NCBI GenBank assembly: GCA_003559735.1
Contig: PWKN01000117.1
Span: 20,663-84,662 of the forward strand
Direction: 5' to 3'
From: Bacteroidales bacterium
GTDB lineage: Bacteria; Bacteroidota; Bacteroidia; Bacteroidales; UBA7960
DNA: 64,000 bases
Both the position numbers and the translations under genes were made by a program. Positions 1-11,296 of the stretch are shown here, in pieces; the first letter of the stretch is position 1; every line of letters begins with the position of its first letter. The notes below the pieces were generated by a model that saw only the letters and a program-made list of their open reading frames with translations, had not been told where the DNA came from and did no database searches.

Positions 1-242
1 GACTGTTATACTGCATGTTAAACAAAACACTGCAAGGGTTATCCCACCCTGACAACTAATCGTTTTCACATCAGCAAGTTAGTGATATTAGTTGATAACT
101 TTCGCCTTTTGTTAATAACATCTGGTGCCCCCCCATTGATTTGTTTCTTAACTTCGTGAGAAAATACCACCCATAGGAATCGCATATTTTTTTAGTTAAA
201 ACATTGTTTTACAAACAGTAAAGACTAAACACCTGTTCAAAT

Positions 243-2900
243 ATGGAGAATACAACCAGCAGCGGCAACAAAACGCAAAGCATGGACAGCAAGGAACACG
301 GCAATTTATACAAGGAGGTGCTCGATAAACGAACAGCGGACGAAACTATTCGGACTAATATAGAGTCACCGGGTCTGTCACTGGAAACATACGATTACGA
401 TCAGGTTTTGGCCCTTTCCACTGATTATTTTAAGGGCGACAGTCTTGCAGCCGGTGTATGGCTCAATAAATATGCCCTCAAAGACTCTGAAGGCAACCTG
501 TATGAACGCACGCCCGACGATATGCACCGACGCATAGCCAGCGAGATCTGCCGAATTGAAAAAAAATACCCCAACCCCGTGTCTGAAGACACCATTTTTT
601 CCCTGCTAAAGGACTTCAAATACATCGTCCCACAAGGGAGTCCCATGGCCGGAATTGGCAATCCTTTCCAGATTGGCTCTCTGTCCAATTGCTTTGTCAT
701 TGGCAATAAAAAGGATGCTGATTCTTATGGCGGGATCATGAAGCTTGATGAAGAACAGGTTCAGCTGATGAAACGCCGCGGTGGTGTCGGGCACGATCTC
801 TCACACATCCGCCCGAAAGGGAGTCCGGTTAAGAACAGCGCACTGACCTCTACCGGACTGGTACCCTTTATGGAGCGTTATTCAAACTCCACCAGGGAAG
901 TTGCCCAGGACGGACGGCGTGGGGCCCTGATGCTCACCGTCTCGATCAAACACCCCGATGCCGAAGGATTCATCGATGCAAAACTGGAGCAGGGAAAAGT
1001 CACTGGCGCCAATGTCTCTGTTAAGATCACGGATGAGTTTATGCATGCAGTTGCCAACAACACCGAATTTGTCCAGCAGTACCCCATCGACGCCAAAAAG
1101 CCGAAGTTTGTAAGGAAGATCAAAGCCAGGGACTTGTGGGAAAAGATCATACACAACGCATGGAAGTCGGCCGAACCGGGGATCCTCTTCTGGGATACCA
1201 TTACCAGGGAATCCGTACCCGACAACTATGCCGACCTGGGTTTTTACACCACCAGCACCAACCCCTGCGGCGAAATACCACTTTGTCCGTACGACAGTTG
1301 CCGGCTCCTGGCAATAAACCTGTTCAGATATGTAAATGAGCCATTTACAGAAGCTGCGCATTTCGACTTCCCGCTGTTCAAAAAACATGTCGCCTATGCA
1401 CAAAGGATCATGGATGACATTATTGACCTTGAGCTTGAAAAGATTGACAGCATCCTGAGCAAAGTTGGATCCGATCCTGAAGAGGATGAAGTAAAAAATG
1501 TTGAACGCAGGTTGTGGGAAAAAATCAGGGACAAATGCATAGAGGGACGGCGGACAGGGATCGGGATCACTGCCGAAGGCGATATGCTGGCTGCCCTGGG
1601 CTACCGCTATGGCAGTCCGGAGGCCACCGCTTTTTCAGTGAACATTCACAAAACACTTGCCATTGAGGCATACCGTTCGTCTGTTCATCTGGCCTCAGAA
1701 AGGGGAGCCTTCCCTGTTTACGACAGCCAGAGAGAAACAAACAACCCCTTTATCCTGCGGCTGAAAGAAAATGACCCCGGACTATTTGAGCAGATGCTAA
1801 CCAACGGTCGCCGGAACATTGCCTTGCTCACCATTGCCCCTACCGGAAGCGTTTCGCTGATGACACAAACAACCTCCGGCATCGAGCCGGTATTTATGGT
1901 GGCATATAAACGGCGCAGGAAAGTCAATCCCAACGACAAAAACGTTCGCGTCGACTTTATTGATGAGGTGGGTGACCACTGGGAAGAATACAATGTGTTC
2001 CACCATAAGTTCGTTCAGTGGCTTGAAGCGACAGGATATGATGTCGACGAGGTAAAAGGGATGAAAGAAGATGCCCTCCGGGATGTCATCAGGCGGTCTC
2101 CCTACTATAAAGCCACTGCGAACGATGTCGACTGGCTGGCCAAAGTACAAATGCAGGGTGCAGTACAACAGTGGGTTGATCATTCCATCAGTGTTACCGT
2201 TAACGTGCCGGGAAATGTAACTGAAGAACTTGTGGGCCGCATATATCAGACCGGATGGGAAAGTGGCTGCAAGGGTGTGACCGTGTACCGCGACGGATCA
2301 CGTTCTGGAGTCCTGGTGAAGGACAAGAAAAAAGAGAATAATGAGTTCAGGGAAACAGCAGCACCCAAACGTCCCAAAGTACTGGAAGCCGAAATTGTAC
2401 GGTTTAACAATGAATCTGAAAAATGGCTGGCTGTTGTGGGACTCCTGCACGACAGGCCATATGAAATATTTACCGGTAAAGCAGAGGGCTTTTACCTTCC
2501 CCCCGACATTAACAAAGGATGGGTCATTAAAAACCGTCTGGAAGGGAACGAAAAGCGGTACGACTTCCGTTTTTTGGATAAGGATGGCTATAAAGTGACC
2601 ATAGAAGGGCTGTCCAGGTCTTTTCATAAGGAATACTGGAACTATGCCAAGTTGATCTCAGGCATTCTGCGCCACGGAATGCCCCTGCCTTCGGTAATCG
2701 ACCTGATCGAAAACCTGAACCTGCACTCTGACCGCCTGCACACCTGGAAAAATGGAGTGGCACGGGCACTGAAGAAGTATATCCCTGACGGCACCAAGGC
2801 CAAAGGAAGGATTTGCAGCAATTGTCACCACGAAGACTCCGTCATATACCAGGAGGGGTGCCTTACCTGTACCCACTGCGGCGAAAGCAAGTGCGGGTGA
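243..2900 (+). CDS. nrdJ: Class II (adenosylcobalamin-dependent) ribonucleotide reductase
   Basis: 885-aa ORF with the RNR active-site loop STNPCGEIPL and the TIAPTGSVS motif. It has a C-terminal CxxC...CxxC tail. No class I beta-subunit gene is adjacent. Confidence 0.9.
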   Translation: MENTTSSGNKTQSMDSKEHGNLYKEVLDKRTADETIRTNIESPGLSLETYDYDQVLALSTDYFKGDSLAAGVWLNKYALKDSEGNLYERTPDDMHRRIASEICRIEKKYPNPVSEDTIFSLLKDFKYIVPQGSPMAGIGNPFQIGSLSNCFVIGNKKDADSYGGIMKLDEEQVQLMKRRGGVGHDLSHIRPKGSPVKNSALTSTGLVPFMERYSNSTREVAQDGRRGALMLTVSIKHPDAEGFIDAKLEQGKVTGANVSVKITDEFMHAVANNTEFVQQYPIDAKKPKFVRKIKARDLWEKIIHNAWKSAEPGILFWDTITRESVPDNYADLGFYTTSTNPCGEIPLCPYDSCRLLAINLFRYVNEPFTEAAHFDFPLFKKHVAYAQRIMDDIIDLELEKIDSILSKVGSDPEEDEVKNVERRLWEKIRDKCIEGRRTGIGITAEGDMLAALGYRYGSPEATAFSVNIHKTLAIEAYRSSVHLASERGAFPVYDSQRETNNPFILRLKENDPGLFEQMLTNGRRNIALLTIAPTGSVSLMTQTTSGIEPVFMVAYKRRRKVNPNDKNVRVDFIDEVGDHWEEYNVFHHKFVQWLEATGYDVDEVKGMKEDALRDVIRRSPYYKATANDVDWLAKVQMQGAVQQWVDHSISVTVNVPGNVTEELVGRIYQTGWESGCKGVTVYRDGSRSGVLVKDKKKENNEFRETAAPKRPKVLEAEIVRFNNESEKWLAVVGLLHDRPYEIFTGKAEGFYLPPDINKGWVIKNRLEGNEKRYDFRFLDKDGYKVTIEGLSRSFHKEYWNYAKLISGILRHGMPLPSVIDLIENLNLHSDRLHTWKNGVARALKKYIPDGTKAKGRICSNCHHEDSVIYQEGCLTCTHCGESKCG

Positions 2901-2913
2901 CCGATCAATATCC

Positions 2914-4509
2914 TTACTGCATATAAATGAACTCTCCCACGCCAATGGGCAGGTTCAGTGCAAACCATACAAACAACAGTACCATCCACATGATAAACAG
3001 TATTATTGCATAAGGTATCAACAATGATACGATGGTTCCGATGCCGATGTTCTTGTTGTATTTGTGAATCCATCCCAGCAACAAGGGAAAGTATACATAC
3101 AGGGGCGTGACACAGTTTGTGATGGAGTCGCCAACCCTGTACATCAGCTGTACGAACGCCGGACTATAGTTCAGTTGGGCGAGCATCGGGATGAAAATGG
3201 GGGCAAAAATGGCCCATTTTGCCGATCCGCTTCCCAGGAAAATATTGAGGAAAGCCACAAGTATCATAAAAAGAACAAACAAAACAGGTCCGGTAAGCCC
3301 TGTCCTCTGAAGGAAGTCCGCCCCGGTAATGGCCAGTATGGTATCGAGGTTTGACCAGCTGAAAAGGTTAATGAACTGGGCAACAATAAGCATCAGGACA
3401 ATGTATCCTGACAGTTCTTTCATGCCGTGTTCCATATGTTTCAGCAGATCGTTCGGCTCTTTAATGGTGCCGGTCACCTTTCCATAAAAATACCCTGGTA
3501 TGGCGAAGAAAAAGAACAGAATGGGGATCAGTCCCCTGAGAAACGGCGACGGCACCAGTCCGCCTGTCTCCTGGTCTCTCAGCGGAGCCCACGATGGAAC
3601 CACGAGCACAAGGATCAGCACCGTATATAGCAACAAAGCCAGTCCGGCCTTTTTCAATCCCTTCCGTTCCGCCTCACTTAGCCTTCCATCGGTTATTTGG
3701 TGGTCAAAATCCCCCAGAAGCTCAAACTTCTGGCACCGTGGAATGGTGTATCTCCTGGCAATGAATGCCCCTCCAAAGGCAAGAAGAAATGTGGAGGCGA
3801 TCATAAAATACCAGTTGGCCGTCGGACTCACTTCCTGGCCGCCAGGCATCCCCTGTGTTATCTCCGTGCTGATGCCGGCCAGCAATACATCTGTCCCGGC
3901 AATAAAGAAATTGGCCGTAAACCCCGCCGTTGCACCTGCATACCCCGCCACCAGTCCGGCAATGGGGTGAAGTCCCATCTGCGTAAATATCAGTGCCGCA
4001 ATGGGGGGCACGATCACAATTCCTGCGTCCGACCCGATGTTTCCACAAGCACCTATGATAAAAATGACAGGCAGTACCACTCTTTTTGGGACCGAGAAGG
4101 CTACCGTGCGAAGTGCTACTGCGAGCAGTCCGCTTCGCTCTGCAATGGATACACCCATCAGCATCACCAAAACCAACCCGAACGGTGCAAAATGGGCAAA
4201 GTTTGTTACCACTTCCTGCACAAAACGCCGCAGGCCTTCTCCCGAAATAAGGTTCTCTGCTTCAACAATGCTGCCATCATCAGGATGAACAGCACTGACC
4301 CCCAGATAGGCCGTTATGGCGCTTAAAACGACAATCAGTATGGTGATCCACACAAAAATCCAAAAAGGGTGTGGCAGCTTGTTCCCCATTCTTTCAATCC
4401 ACCGCAAAATGCCACTGGAGTTGTTATCCCCTCCTGCTGCTTTTTTGTTATTATCGAGAGACTGATCCGGCTCAGCCAAACCGTTTTTTTTCTCTGTCAT
4501 GGTTAACAA
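2914..4509 (-). CDS. AbgT-family (p-aminobenzoyl-glutamate type) transporter
   Basis: 531-aa polytopic membrane ORF. The N-terminal RWIERMGNKLPHPFWIF segment and overall length are typical of the AbgT family. Confidence 0.8.
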   Translation of the reverse strand: MLTMTEKKNGLAEPDQSLDNNKKAAGGDNNSSGILRWIERMGNKLPHPFWIFVWITILIVVLSAITAYLGVSAVHPDDGSIVEAENLISGEGLRRFVQEVVTNFAHFAPFGLVLVMLMGVSIAERSGLLAVALRTVAFSVPKRVVLPVIFIIGACGNIGSDAGIVIVPPIAALIFTQMGLHPIAGLVAGYAGATAGFTANFFIAGTDVLLAGISTEITQGMPGGQEVSPTANWYFMIASTFLLAFGGAFIARRYTIPRCQKFELLGDFDHQITDGRLSEAERKGLKKAGLALLLYTVLILVLVVPSWAPLRDQETGGLVPSPFLRGLIPILFFFFAIPGYFYGKVTGTIKEPNDLLKHMEHGMKELSGYIVLMLIVAQFINLFSWSNLDTILAITGADFLQRTGLTGPVLFVLFMILVAFLNIFLGSGSAKWAIFAPIFIPMLAQLNYSPAFVQLMYRVGDSITNCVTPLYVYFPLLLGWIHKYNKNIGIGTIVSLLIPYAIILFIMWMVLLFVWFALNLPIGVGEFIYMQ

Positions 4510-4528
4510 TGGTTGGCCTTGAAAATTA

Positions 4529-6664
4529 TTATTCGTCTTCTTTTTGTTCTTCTTCGTAGGCTTTCAACAGTTGATCCTGTATATCGGCGGGCACCTGCTG
4601 ATACTCGGCGAACCTCATCCCATAAGTCGCACGGCCGCTGGTGAGGGAACTCAGACTGGTTGAATAGCGGTTCATTTCTGCCAGCGGGACCTTTGCCTTG
4701 ATCTTCTGATAGTTCCCTTCACTTTCCATACCCATGATCAGTGCCCTGCGTCCCTGAAGGTCGGTCATCACATCTCCCATTTTTTCTTCCGGAACCATCA
4801 CCTCAACATCATAGATGGGCTCCATGATTTTCGGACCAGCATTTTTGAAGGCCTCTCTGAAGGCATTCCTGCCCGCCAGTTTAAAAGATATCTCGTTCGA
4901 GTCGACCGGGTGCATTTTCCCATCATAGATATTCACTACAATATCGCGTGCATAAGAGCCTGTGAGGGGTCCCTCTTCCATTTTCTCCATAACCCCTTTC
5001 AGTATGGCAGGCATAAAACGGGCATCAATTGAACCACCCACAATGCAACTGTTAAAGACCAGCCTTCCGCCCCAGCTCAGGTCGTGTACATCCTGTTTCC
5101 GTACGGGAAATTCTGTCTGGTTGGGTTTTCCCTCTTCGTATGGCTCGATCATCATATATACTTCACCAAACTGTCCGGCTCCCCCCGACTGTTTTTTGTG
5201 CCGGTAGGTTGATTTGGCAGACTTGGTAATGGTTTCCCTGTAAGGGATCCTTGGTGACAGATATTCCACTTCCACCTTATGGGCTTGTTCCAGCATCCAT
5301 TTCGCCACATTGAGATGCATCTCCCCTTGCCCCTGCAGGATCATTTGTTTAAGCTCCTTGGATTGTTCAAAAAGCAGGGTTGGGTCTATATTGTTCATTT
5401 CACGTAAAACCGTACCAAGTTTCTCCTCGTCACCGGTGTTTTTTGCCTTGACAGCCGTACGGTGTTTTGGTTCGGGAAATACGATCGGCGACACTTTTAC
5501 TCCCTGGTTTTTCGATCCGGTGAGCGTATTGTTGGTATGTGTGTCTTTCAACTTGATTGTTGCCGCAAGGTCGCCGGGCAGTACTTTTTCTACTTTTTGC
5601 CTGTTCTTCCCTGCCACCACGAAGATCTGCGACAGTCGCTCTTTTGTGTCAGTCGTTGAATTGATCAGGTCGGCCGACTCACTGATCTGTCCCTCATACA
5701 ACCTGAAGAACAGCAATTCTCCAAGGTGGGGCTCTACTGCGGTTTTGTATACAAAAGCCACAGGATCCTTTTTCTCGTCAAAGATCAAGGGGTTTCCTTC
5801 GGTATCATTTTCGGGTGTTACCATATCCGGACCGGGAAAGTTTTCGGTGATGCACTCCATGAAACGGGCTACTCCCTGGTTGTTTTTTGCAGATGCACAC
5901 ATGACAGGAAACATGGTACGTGTGGCTATTCCCTGGCTGATGCCTTTTGCCAGCTCTTCATCACTCAGCGTCCCATTTTCAAAAAATGCCTCCATCAACG
6001 CTTCTTCGCTTTCAGCAGCTGCTTCGATGATGGCATTGCGGTAGTCTTCGGCTTTATCCTTTTCTTCGCCAGGCACATCGAGCACCTCGGGTTTCCCTCC
6101 ATCAACGGGGAACTTGTACAGTTTCATCTTCAGCACATCCACCACACTGTCAAAACCATGTCCGGCATTAACAGGATACTGTGCAACAATGGCCTTATCG
6201 CCAAACTGTGCTTTCAGCTGGCGGACACTTTCCTCAAAATTGGCTTTTTCGTGCTCCAGCTGGTTGATCAAAAAAACCACAGGCTTATCCAGCCTGGTAA
6301 TCTGCCGCCATGTGATCTCTGTTCCCACTTCGACGCCATTTTGTGAATTGATCACCATTACAGCGGTATCAACTACCTTCAGTGCAGCGACCACCTCACC
6401 GATAAAATCGTCAAATCCCGGAGTATCAATGATATTAATTTTTTGTCCGCCAAACTCTGCATACATCACCGTAGATGAAACAGATGCCTGACGGTCCAGT
6501 TCTATATCACGATAGTCTGAAACAGTGTTTTTTTCATCTACCGAGCCCCTTCTTTTTATTACACCCCCTTCAAACAACATGGCTTCAGCAAGGGTTGTCT
6601 TCCCTGCTTTTGCCCCACCAACAAGGGCGATGTTTTTCAGTTCTTTTGTCTGATATACTTTCAT
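4529..6664 (-). CDS. Elongation factor G paralogue (translational GTPase)
   Basis: 711 aa. G1 motif GGAKAGKTT, G3 motif DTPGFDDF, and EF-G domain IV/V-like C-terminal half. Confidence 0.85.
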   Translation of the reverse strand: MKVYQTKELKNIALVGGAKAGKTTLAEAMLFEGGVIKRRGSVDEKNTVSDYRDIELDRQASVSSTVMYAEFGGQKINIIDTPGFDDFIGEVVAALKVVDTAVMVINSQNGVEVGTEITWRQITRLDKPVVFLINQLEHEKANFEESVRQLKAQFGDKAIVAQYPVNAGHGFDSVVDVLKMKLYKFPVDGGKPEVLDVPGEEKDKAEDYRNAIIEAAAESEEALMEAFFENGTLSDEELAKGISQGIATRTMFPVMCASAKNNQGVARFMECITENFPGPDMVTPENDTEGNPLIFDEKKDPVAFVYKTAVEPHLGELLFFRLYEGQISESADLINSTTDTKERLSQIFVVAGKNRQKVEKVLPGDLAATIKLKDTHTNNTLTGSKNQGVKVSPIVFPEPKHRTAVKAKNTGDEEKLGTVLREMNNIDPTLLFEQSKELKQMILQGQGEMHLNVAKWMLEQAHKVEVEYLSPRIPYRETITKSAKSTYRHKKQSGGAGQFGEVYMMIEPYEEGKPNQTEFPVRKQDVHDLSWGGRLVFNSCIVGGSIDARFMPAILKGVMEKMEEGPLTGSYARDIVVNIYDGKMHPVDSNEISFKLAGRNAFREAFKNAGPKIMEPIYDVEVMVPEEKMGDVMTDLQGRRALIMGMESEGNYQKIKAKVPLAEMNRYSTSLSSLTSGRATYGMRFAEYQQVPADIQDQLLKAYEEEQKEDE

Positions 6665-6876
6665 AACAACATACCATATTTAAGTGTACACAATGATTGA
6701 TTTTTCACATTCCGTCAGGCAACAAATCCAGCGTTCGGGGCAAATTGCCTGTTTTAACTGACAACCCCCTTTTATACAGATTGTTATCCCAAATGCCATC
6801 CAGAAAAAGTGGCTAAAGTTAAGAAAAAAAGCAAGAAGCGACCGCATAAAAACAAAATTATTGTTTTTCCTGTTGC

Positions 6877-7791
6877 TTATATGGCAAACCGTACGAGTCT
6901 GACAAAGTCACTGACCCTGTCAGCAACATCCTGTTTTGTGATATCCAACAACTTTCCGGTTCCGAATTCTTCTACGGAAAAGCTTGCCAGCGCGGCCCCG
7001 AATATCACTCCATTTTTGATGTTGTCAAAAGACAGATTATCTGTTTCCGCAAGGTACCCCATCAATCCACCGGCAAAAGAGTCGCCCGCTCCGGTCGGAT
7101 CAGCTACTTGCTCCAGGGGCATCGCAGGGGCATGGAACATCTGCTCCTGACAAAAGAGCAATGCACCATATTCCCCTCGTTTGATGATCACGTATTCCGG
7201 CCCCATCGCCTGTATCTTTCTGGCCGCAAGCACCAGCGAATGCTCGCCCGACAGCTGTCGCGCCTCTTCTTCATTTACGGTGAGCATATCTGTCATTGCC
7301 ACAACCGACAAAAGGTCTTCCCACGCAGTATCCATCCAGAAGTTCATGGTATCCATGCATATAAACTTTGGACGCGTTTTCATTTGTCCGATCACCGCAC
7401 GTTGTATGGATGGGGTCAGGTTGCCAAGCATAACGTACTTGCTGTCGCGATAACTTTCAGGCAATACCGGATTGAATCCTGCAAGCACATTCAGCTCTGT
7501 AGTCAGTGTTTCGCGCAGATTCATGTTGTCATGATACCGTCCCGACCAGAAAAATGATTGTTCATTTTCAACTATTTTAATCCCCGAAATATCTATTTTC
7601 CGTTTGGCAAACAACTCCAGATATTCTTCCGGAAAATCACCCCCCACTACTGCCGACATACGGATGTCGGATGTCAGCAAACTGGCTGCCAATGCAACAT
7701 ATGTTGCCGCACCTCCCAAAATCTTTCCTGTCTTGCCATAAGGGGTTTCAATCTGGTCAAAAGCAACGGTTCCAACTACCAATAAACTCAT
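6877..7791 (-). CDS. PfkB-family carbohydrate kinase
   Basis: 304 aa with the C-terminal PfkB signature DPTGAGDSFAGG. Confidence 0.85.
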   Translation of the reverse strand: MSLLVVGTVAFDQIETPYGKTGKILGGAATYVALAASLLTSDIRMSAVVGGDFPEEYLELFAKRKIDISGIKIVENEQSFFWSGRYHDNMNLRETLTTELNVLAGFNPVLPESYRDSKYVMLGNLTPSIQRAVIGQMKTRPKFICMDTMNFWMDTAWEDLLSVVAMTDMLTVNEEEARQLSGEHSLVLAARKIQAMGPEYVIIKRGEYGALLFCQEQMFHAPAMPLEQVADPTGAGDSFAGGLMGYLAETDNLSFDNIKNGVIFGAALASFSVEEFGTGKLLDITKQDVADRVSDFVRLVRFAI

Positions 7792-7897
7792 ATTAATACG
7801 ATTTGCAATGATTGTTTTTTTTGGAATAACTATTCCATCTCCTTGTGTTTGCTGCCCCCAGGTCCAGGCAGTGCGCCGTGCATCACGGGCAAGCTGA

Positions 7898-9736
7898 TTA
7901 TTCCACGGTTACAGACTTCGCAAGGTTTCTTGGCTGGTCCACATTGCACCCCCTCAAAACGGCAATATGATAAGACAATAGCTGGAGTGGAATGGTTGCC
8001 ACCAGCGGAACAAATATTTCATCGGTTTCAGGGATCTCAATAACATGATCGGCCAGCTTTCGCACTACCCTGTCCCCCTCGGTAACTACTGCAATAATCA
8101 CCCCTTTGCGTGCCTTCACCTCCTGAATGTTGCTTACCACCTTATCGTAGTTGCCATTGATGGTAGCGATTACCACTACGGGCATGTCTTCATCTATGAG
8201 GGCAATGGGACCATGTTTCATTTCGGCTGCAGGATAGCCCTCTGCATGGATATACGATATTTCCTTCAGTTTTAACGCCCCTTCGAGTGCCACTGGAAAG
8301 TTAAATCCCCGTCCGAGATACAAAAAATTCCTTACGTTGGTGAACTGTTCTGATATGGCAAGGATCTGTTTATTGGCTTCCAGCGCTTTTTCAACTTTCT
8401 GCGGGATAAGTTCCATTTCGCCCAGCAACTGATGGTAGCGTGACTTTGAGATGCTTCCTTTTTTTTCTGCGATCATAAGGGCCATCAGGCTCAGTATGGT
8501 AACCTGTGCAGTAAATGCTTTGGTTGATGCCACACCAATTTCCGGACCGGCGTGGGTATACGAACCGGCATGGGTTGCCCGTGCAATAGATGACCCCACC
8601 ACGTTGCATATGCCGATGATGGTGGCACCTTTAGACCGGGCCATCTCGACGGCTGCCAGCGTGTCGGCTGTCTCGCCCGACTGGCTAATGGCGATGACAA
8701 TGTCCTGTTCACTGATCACCGGATTCCTGTACCTGAACTCCGAGGCATATTCTACTTCAACGGGCACACGGGCCAGATCCTCAAAAAGATATTCCCCAAC
8801 CAGTCCGGCATGCCAGGATGTCCCGCAAGCCACAATTATGATCCGTTTGCAGTTCATCAGCCGCTGTTCATAGTCGGTGATTCCCCCAAGGGAGATCACC
8901 CCTTTTGCAGCATGCAACCTGCCCCGCATGCTGTCTTTGATGCTCTTTGGTTGTTCATAAATTTCCTTGAGCATAAAATGGGGAAAACCCCCTTTTTCAA
9001 TGGAAGTTAGCTGCATTTCCAAATGATGCACATAGGGGGTTTTTTCCTGGTTCCTGATGGTCTTCACAACCAGACTGCCCCTCCGTGGAATGATGGCCAT
9101 CTCTTCATCTTCGAGATAAACCACATCTTTGGTATATTCTACAATAGGTGAAGGGTCTGATGCGACAAAATATTCCTTATTGCCCACGCCAATAACCAGC
9201 GGACTGCCTTTTTTGGCTGCAATCAGCTGGTCAGGGTGGTCTTCTGAGATCACCACAATGGCATAAGCGCCTATAACCTGGTTCAGGGCAATGCGGACCG
9301 CCTCCTCAAGGGAGGTGTGTTCATTTTGCTGTATGTCCTCAATCAGGTGGACCAGCACTTCTGTGTCGGTGTCGCTGACAAACACGTAGCCCCGGTTGGC
9401 AAGTTCTTCCTTCAGTGCGCTGTAATTTTCAATGATTCCGTTGTGGATCAGCGCCAGTTTGCCCGACTGACTGTAGTGAGGATGGGCGTTTACATCATTG
9501 GGTTCGCCGTGTGTGGCCCACCTTGTATGGGCAATGCCTGTCGTGGAAGCCACATCGTGTTGCCTGACCATCCTGTCGAGGTCGGCTACCTTCCCATGGG
9601 TTTTATACAGTTTCAGCACCCCGTCTGCCAGTGCCACACCGGCACTGTCATATCCCCGGTATTCGAGTCTGTAAAGTCCTTTGATAAGTATCGGATACGC
9701 TTGCTTCGGACCGATATAAGCCACAATTCCACACAT
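7898..9736 (-). CDS. glmS: Glutamine--fructose-6-phosphate aminotransferase
   Basis: 612 aa. N-terminal MCGIVAYIG (Ntn catalytic Cys), two SIS domains, and a C-terminal KSVTVE. Confidence 0.97.
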   Translation of the reverse strand: MCGIVAYIGPKQAYPILIKGLYRLEYRGYDSAGVALADGVLKLYKTHGKVADLDRMVRQHDVASTTGIAHTRWATHGEPNDVNAHPHYSQSGKLALIHNGIIENYSALKEELANRGYVFVSDTDTEVLVHLIEDIQQNEHTSLEEAVRIALNQVIGAYAIVVISEDHPDQLIAAKKGSPLVIGVGNKEYFVASDPSPIVEYTKDVVYLEDEEMAIIPRRGSLVVKTIRNQEKTPYVHHLEMQLTSIEKGGFPHFMLKEIYEQPKSIKDSMRGRLHAAKGVISLGGITDYEQRLMNCKRIIIVACGTSWHAGLVGEYLFEDLARVPVEVEYASEFRYRNPVISEQDIVIAISQSGETADTLAAVEMARSKGATIIGICNVVGSSIARATHAGSYTHAGPEIGVASTKAFTAQVTILSLMALMIAEKKGSISKSRYHQLLGEMELIPQKVEKALEANKQILAISEQFTNVRNFLYLGRGFNFPVALEGALKLKEISYIHAEGYPAAEMKHGPIALIDEDMPVVVIATINGNYDKVVSNIQEVKARKGVIIAVVTEGDRVVRKLADHVIEIPETDEIFVPLVATIPLQLLSYHIAVLRGCNVDQPRNLAKSVTVE

Positions 9737-9855
9737 GCCTGTATTGTTTTAAGAAGACCTCCATTTGCTGCCAGAAAAGCCAATGCAAAGAAAGCAAAAT
9801 TAAAACAAAATGCCGAATACAGGTAAAAACAATTGTGAATAAAGAGAGTGGCTCG

Positions 9856-11226
9856 TTAATCAAATACCGAATAATAAATCTTGAGTCGCACGGGTTCTTT
9901 TGTCCTGCCCGGACCATGAAGGACAACCCGGCTCATGTCGACCGATGCCCCGGCAACCAGCAATGCCAGTCCGTCATTGGGATAGTCCCCCTGAAGTACA
10001 AACTGAAGATATTGTGAGATGTTGAATGTATACTGCATCTTTCCTTCATCGAATCTCCCCCCGAAATAGTCGCTCCCCATCATATAGTCTTCCAGGTAAC
10101 CAAGATTGCCATCGTCACGAATCCTTAGCAACAGCAGGTTTTCCGGAGCCGGAAATTCTTCTGTAATGAATTCTTCATCCACCGGCACCACCAATTCTGC
10201 TTTGTTTATCAACATCCTGGGAATATCAGAAACATCTTCCAGGTGGGGGATATGAATGTTGGCACGCAGGAGTCCGAGTGAGTGCACAAACAACAAGCTG
10301 TCGGTTGCCTCCTGGTCACCCTCTTTTACCTGTGAACGCAAAACTTCGTGGACATGGTCGTAACCGAAATGTTCCACCCGGGTTGACCGCTTGCAGAACT
10401 CATTGATCAGGAATCGTTGTATCCGCTGGTGTTCTTCCCCTTCGTTGTGGTAATAGAGTTCTATGGCAGACATATGTGCCAGCATGTTAATTCTGTATTT
10501 TGAACCCTTCCCGTCCAGTTCATCATCAACAGTGATGTACAAACCCTTGAACTTGTCCAGGTAGTTCGACACATTCTCAAATGTTTCTGTCCCGCTGGCA
10601 TCAACCAGCTTTTGCCCGAAAGCATCCGCGAGGGGGATGCGTATTTGCGGGGGCTGGATGATGGTATCGACCATCACACTGTCTTTTGGAGCGGGTCTGA
10701 AGTAATGACCTGCCGGGTTCCGGGTGATCCCCCCCGGGTGGTGCGGGATGACGAGGTTGCTGTACAATGTGTCCTTATCAGGAAAGTTTTCACTCAGCTC
10801 ATATACCCTGATGGTTTGAAACGTTTCCAGTTGGCCATAATTATGTCCTGTATAGGCAAGCACCAGGTGAACAGAATCGAGTACCGGTGATTCTCCCAGG
10901 GAGAGGTTGTTGGTTGACAACCTTGTTTCTGTATAGATGCTGGCACGGGTTTTCCCAAAAACAGGATCATCGATGATCCCGAGAATGTTTGATGAACCAA
11001 GGTTCATGCCAACACTGTCGTCAAAACTGGTGATCGCCTTAAGAGTCAGGGTGTCCAGCGACTCCATCCGAACCTCATACCGGCCATCCATTTTGTACAG
11101 ATCCATGCCCACTTCATCATGTTCGTCGCACGACTGTATCAGCAGCAACGCTGCAAATGCCAGAAAAAATATTGTTGCCGGGGCGTAAAAAACCCCGTAA
11201 TTACGGGGATTGCCTGTTGTTTTCAA
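9856..11226 (-). CDS. DUF4270-like secreted/lipoprotein of unknown function
   Basis: 456 aa with an N-terminal hydrophobic signal and a Cys (LLIQSC). It sits between glmS and a short glycogen synthase, as I recall for Bacteroidota. The family assignment comes from memory of synteny only. Confidence 0.55.
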   Translation of the reverse strand: MKTTGNPRNYGVFYAPATIFFLAFAALLLIQSCDEHDEVGMDLYKMDGRYEVRMESLDTLTLKAITSFDDSVGMNLGSSNILGIIDDPVFGKTRASIYTETRLSTNNLSLGESPVLDSVHLVLAYTGHNYGQLETFQTIRVYELSENFPDKDTLYSNLVIPHHPGGITRNPAGHYFRPAPKDSVMVDTIIQPPQIRIPLADAFGQKLVDASGTETFENVSNYLDKFKGLYITVDDELDGKGSKYRINMLAHMSAIELYYHNEGEEHQRIQRFLINEFCKRSTRVEHFGYDHVHEVLRSQVKEGDQEATDSLLFVHSLGLLRANIHIPHLEDVSDIPRMLINKAELVVPVDEEFITEEFPAPENLLLLRIRDDGNLGYLEDYMMGSDYFGGRFDEGKMQYTFNISQYLQFVLQGDYPNDGLALLVAGASVDMSRVVLHGPGRTKEPVRLKIYYSVFD

Positions 11227-11296
11227 AGCAATGTGGTTTTAAATGATACGATTATTGACCATCACGGCCAATATGAACGCAAAGTTATCCTGTTTA

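Noticed and set aside
1-242. Possible cobalamin riboswitch or NrdR boxes upstream of nrdJ, and the tandem TTAGTGATA/TTAGTTGATA at 79-97
   Set aside because: There is no B12-box-like GCCACTG core and no paired NrdR-type palindromes. The 9-10-nt tandem is too short to separate from chance.
5310-6044. Long antisense ORFs inside well-supported genes (also 27526-28428, 36558-37205, 37799-38356, 62049-62687, 62814-63551)
   Set aside because: These are shadow ORFs opposite strongly homologous CDS (EF-G, SLC13, aroC, hisG, topA). Their translations are low-complexity and carry no motifs.
9737-9855. Possible glmS ribozyme upstream of glmS
   Set aside because: Only about 119 nt are available and I see none of the conserved ribozyme core. 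The element is not expected in this lineage.
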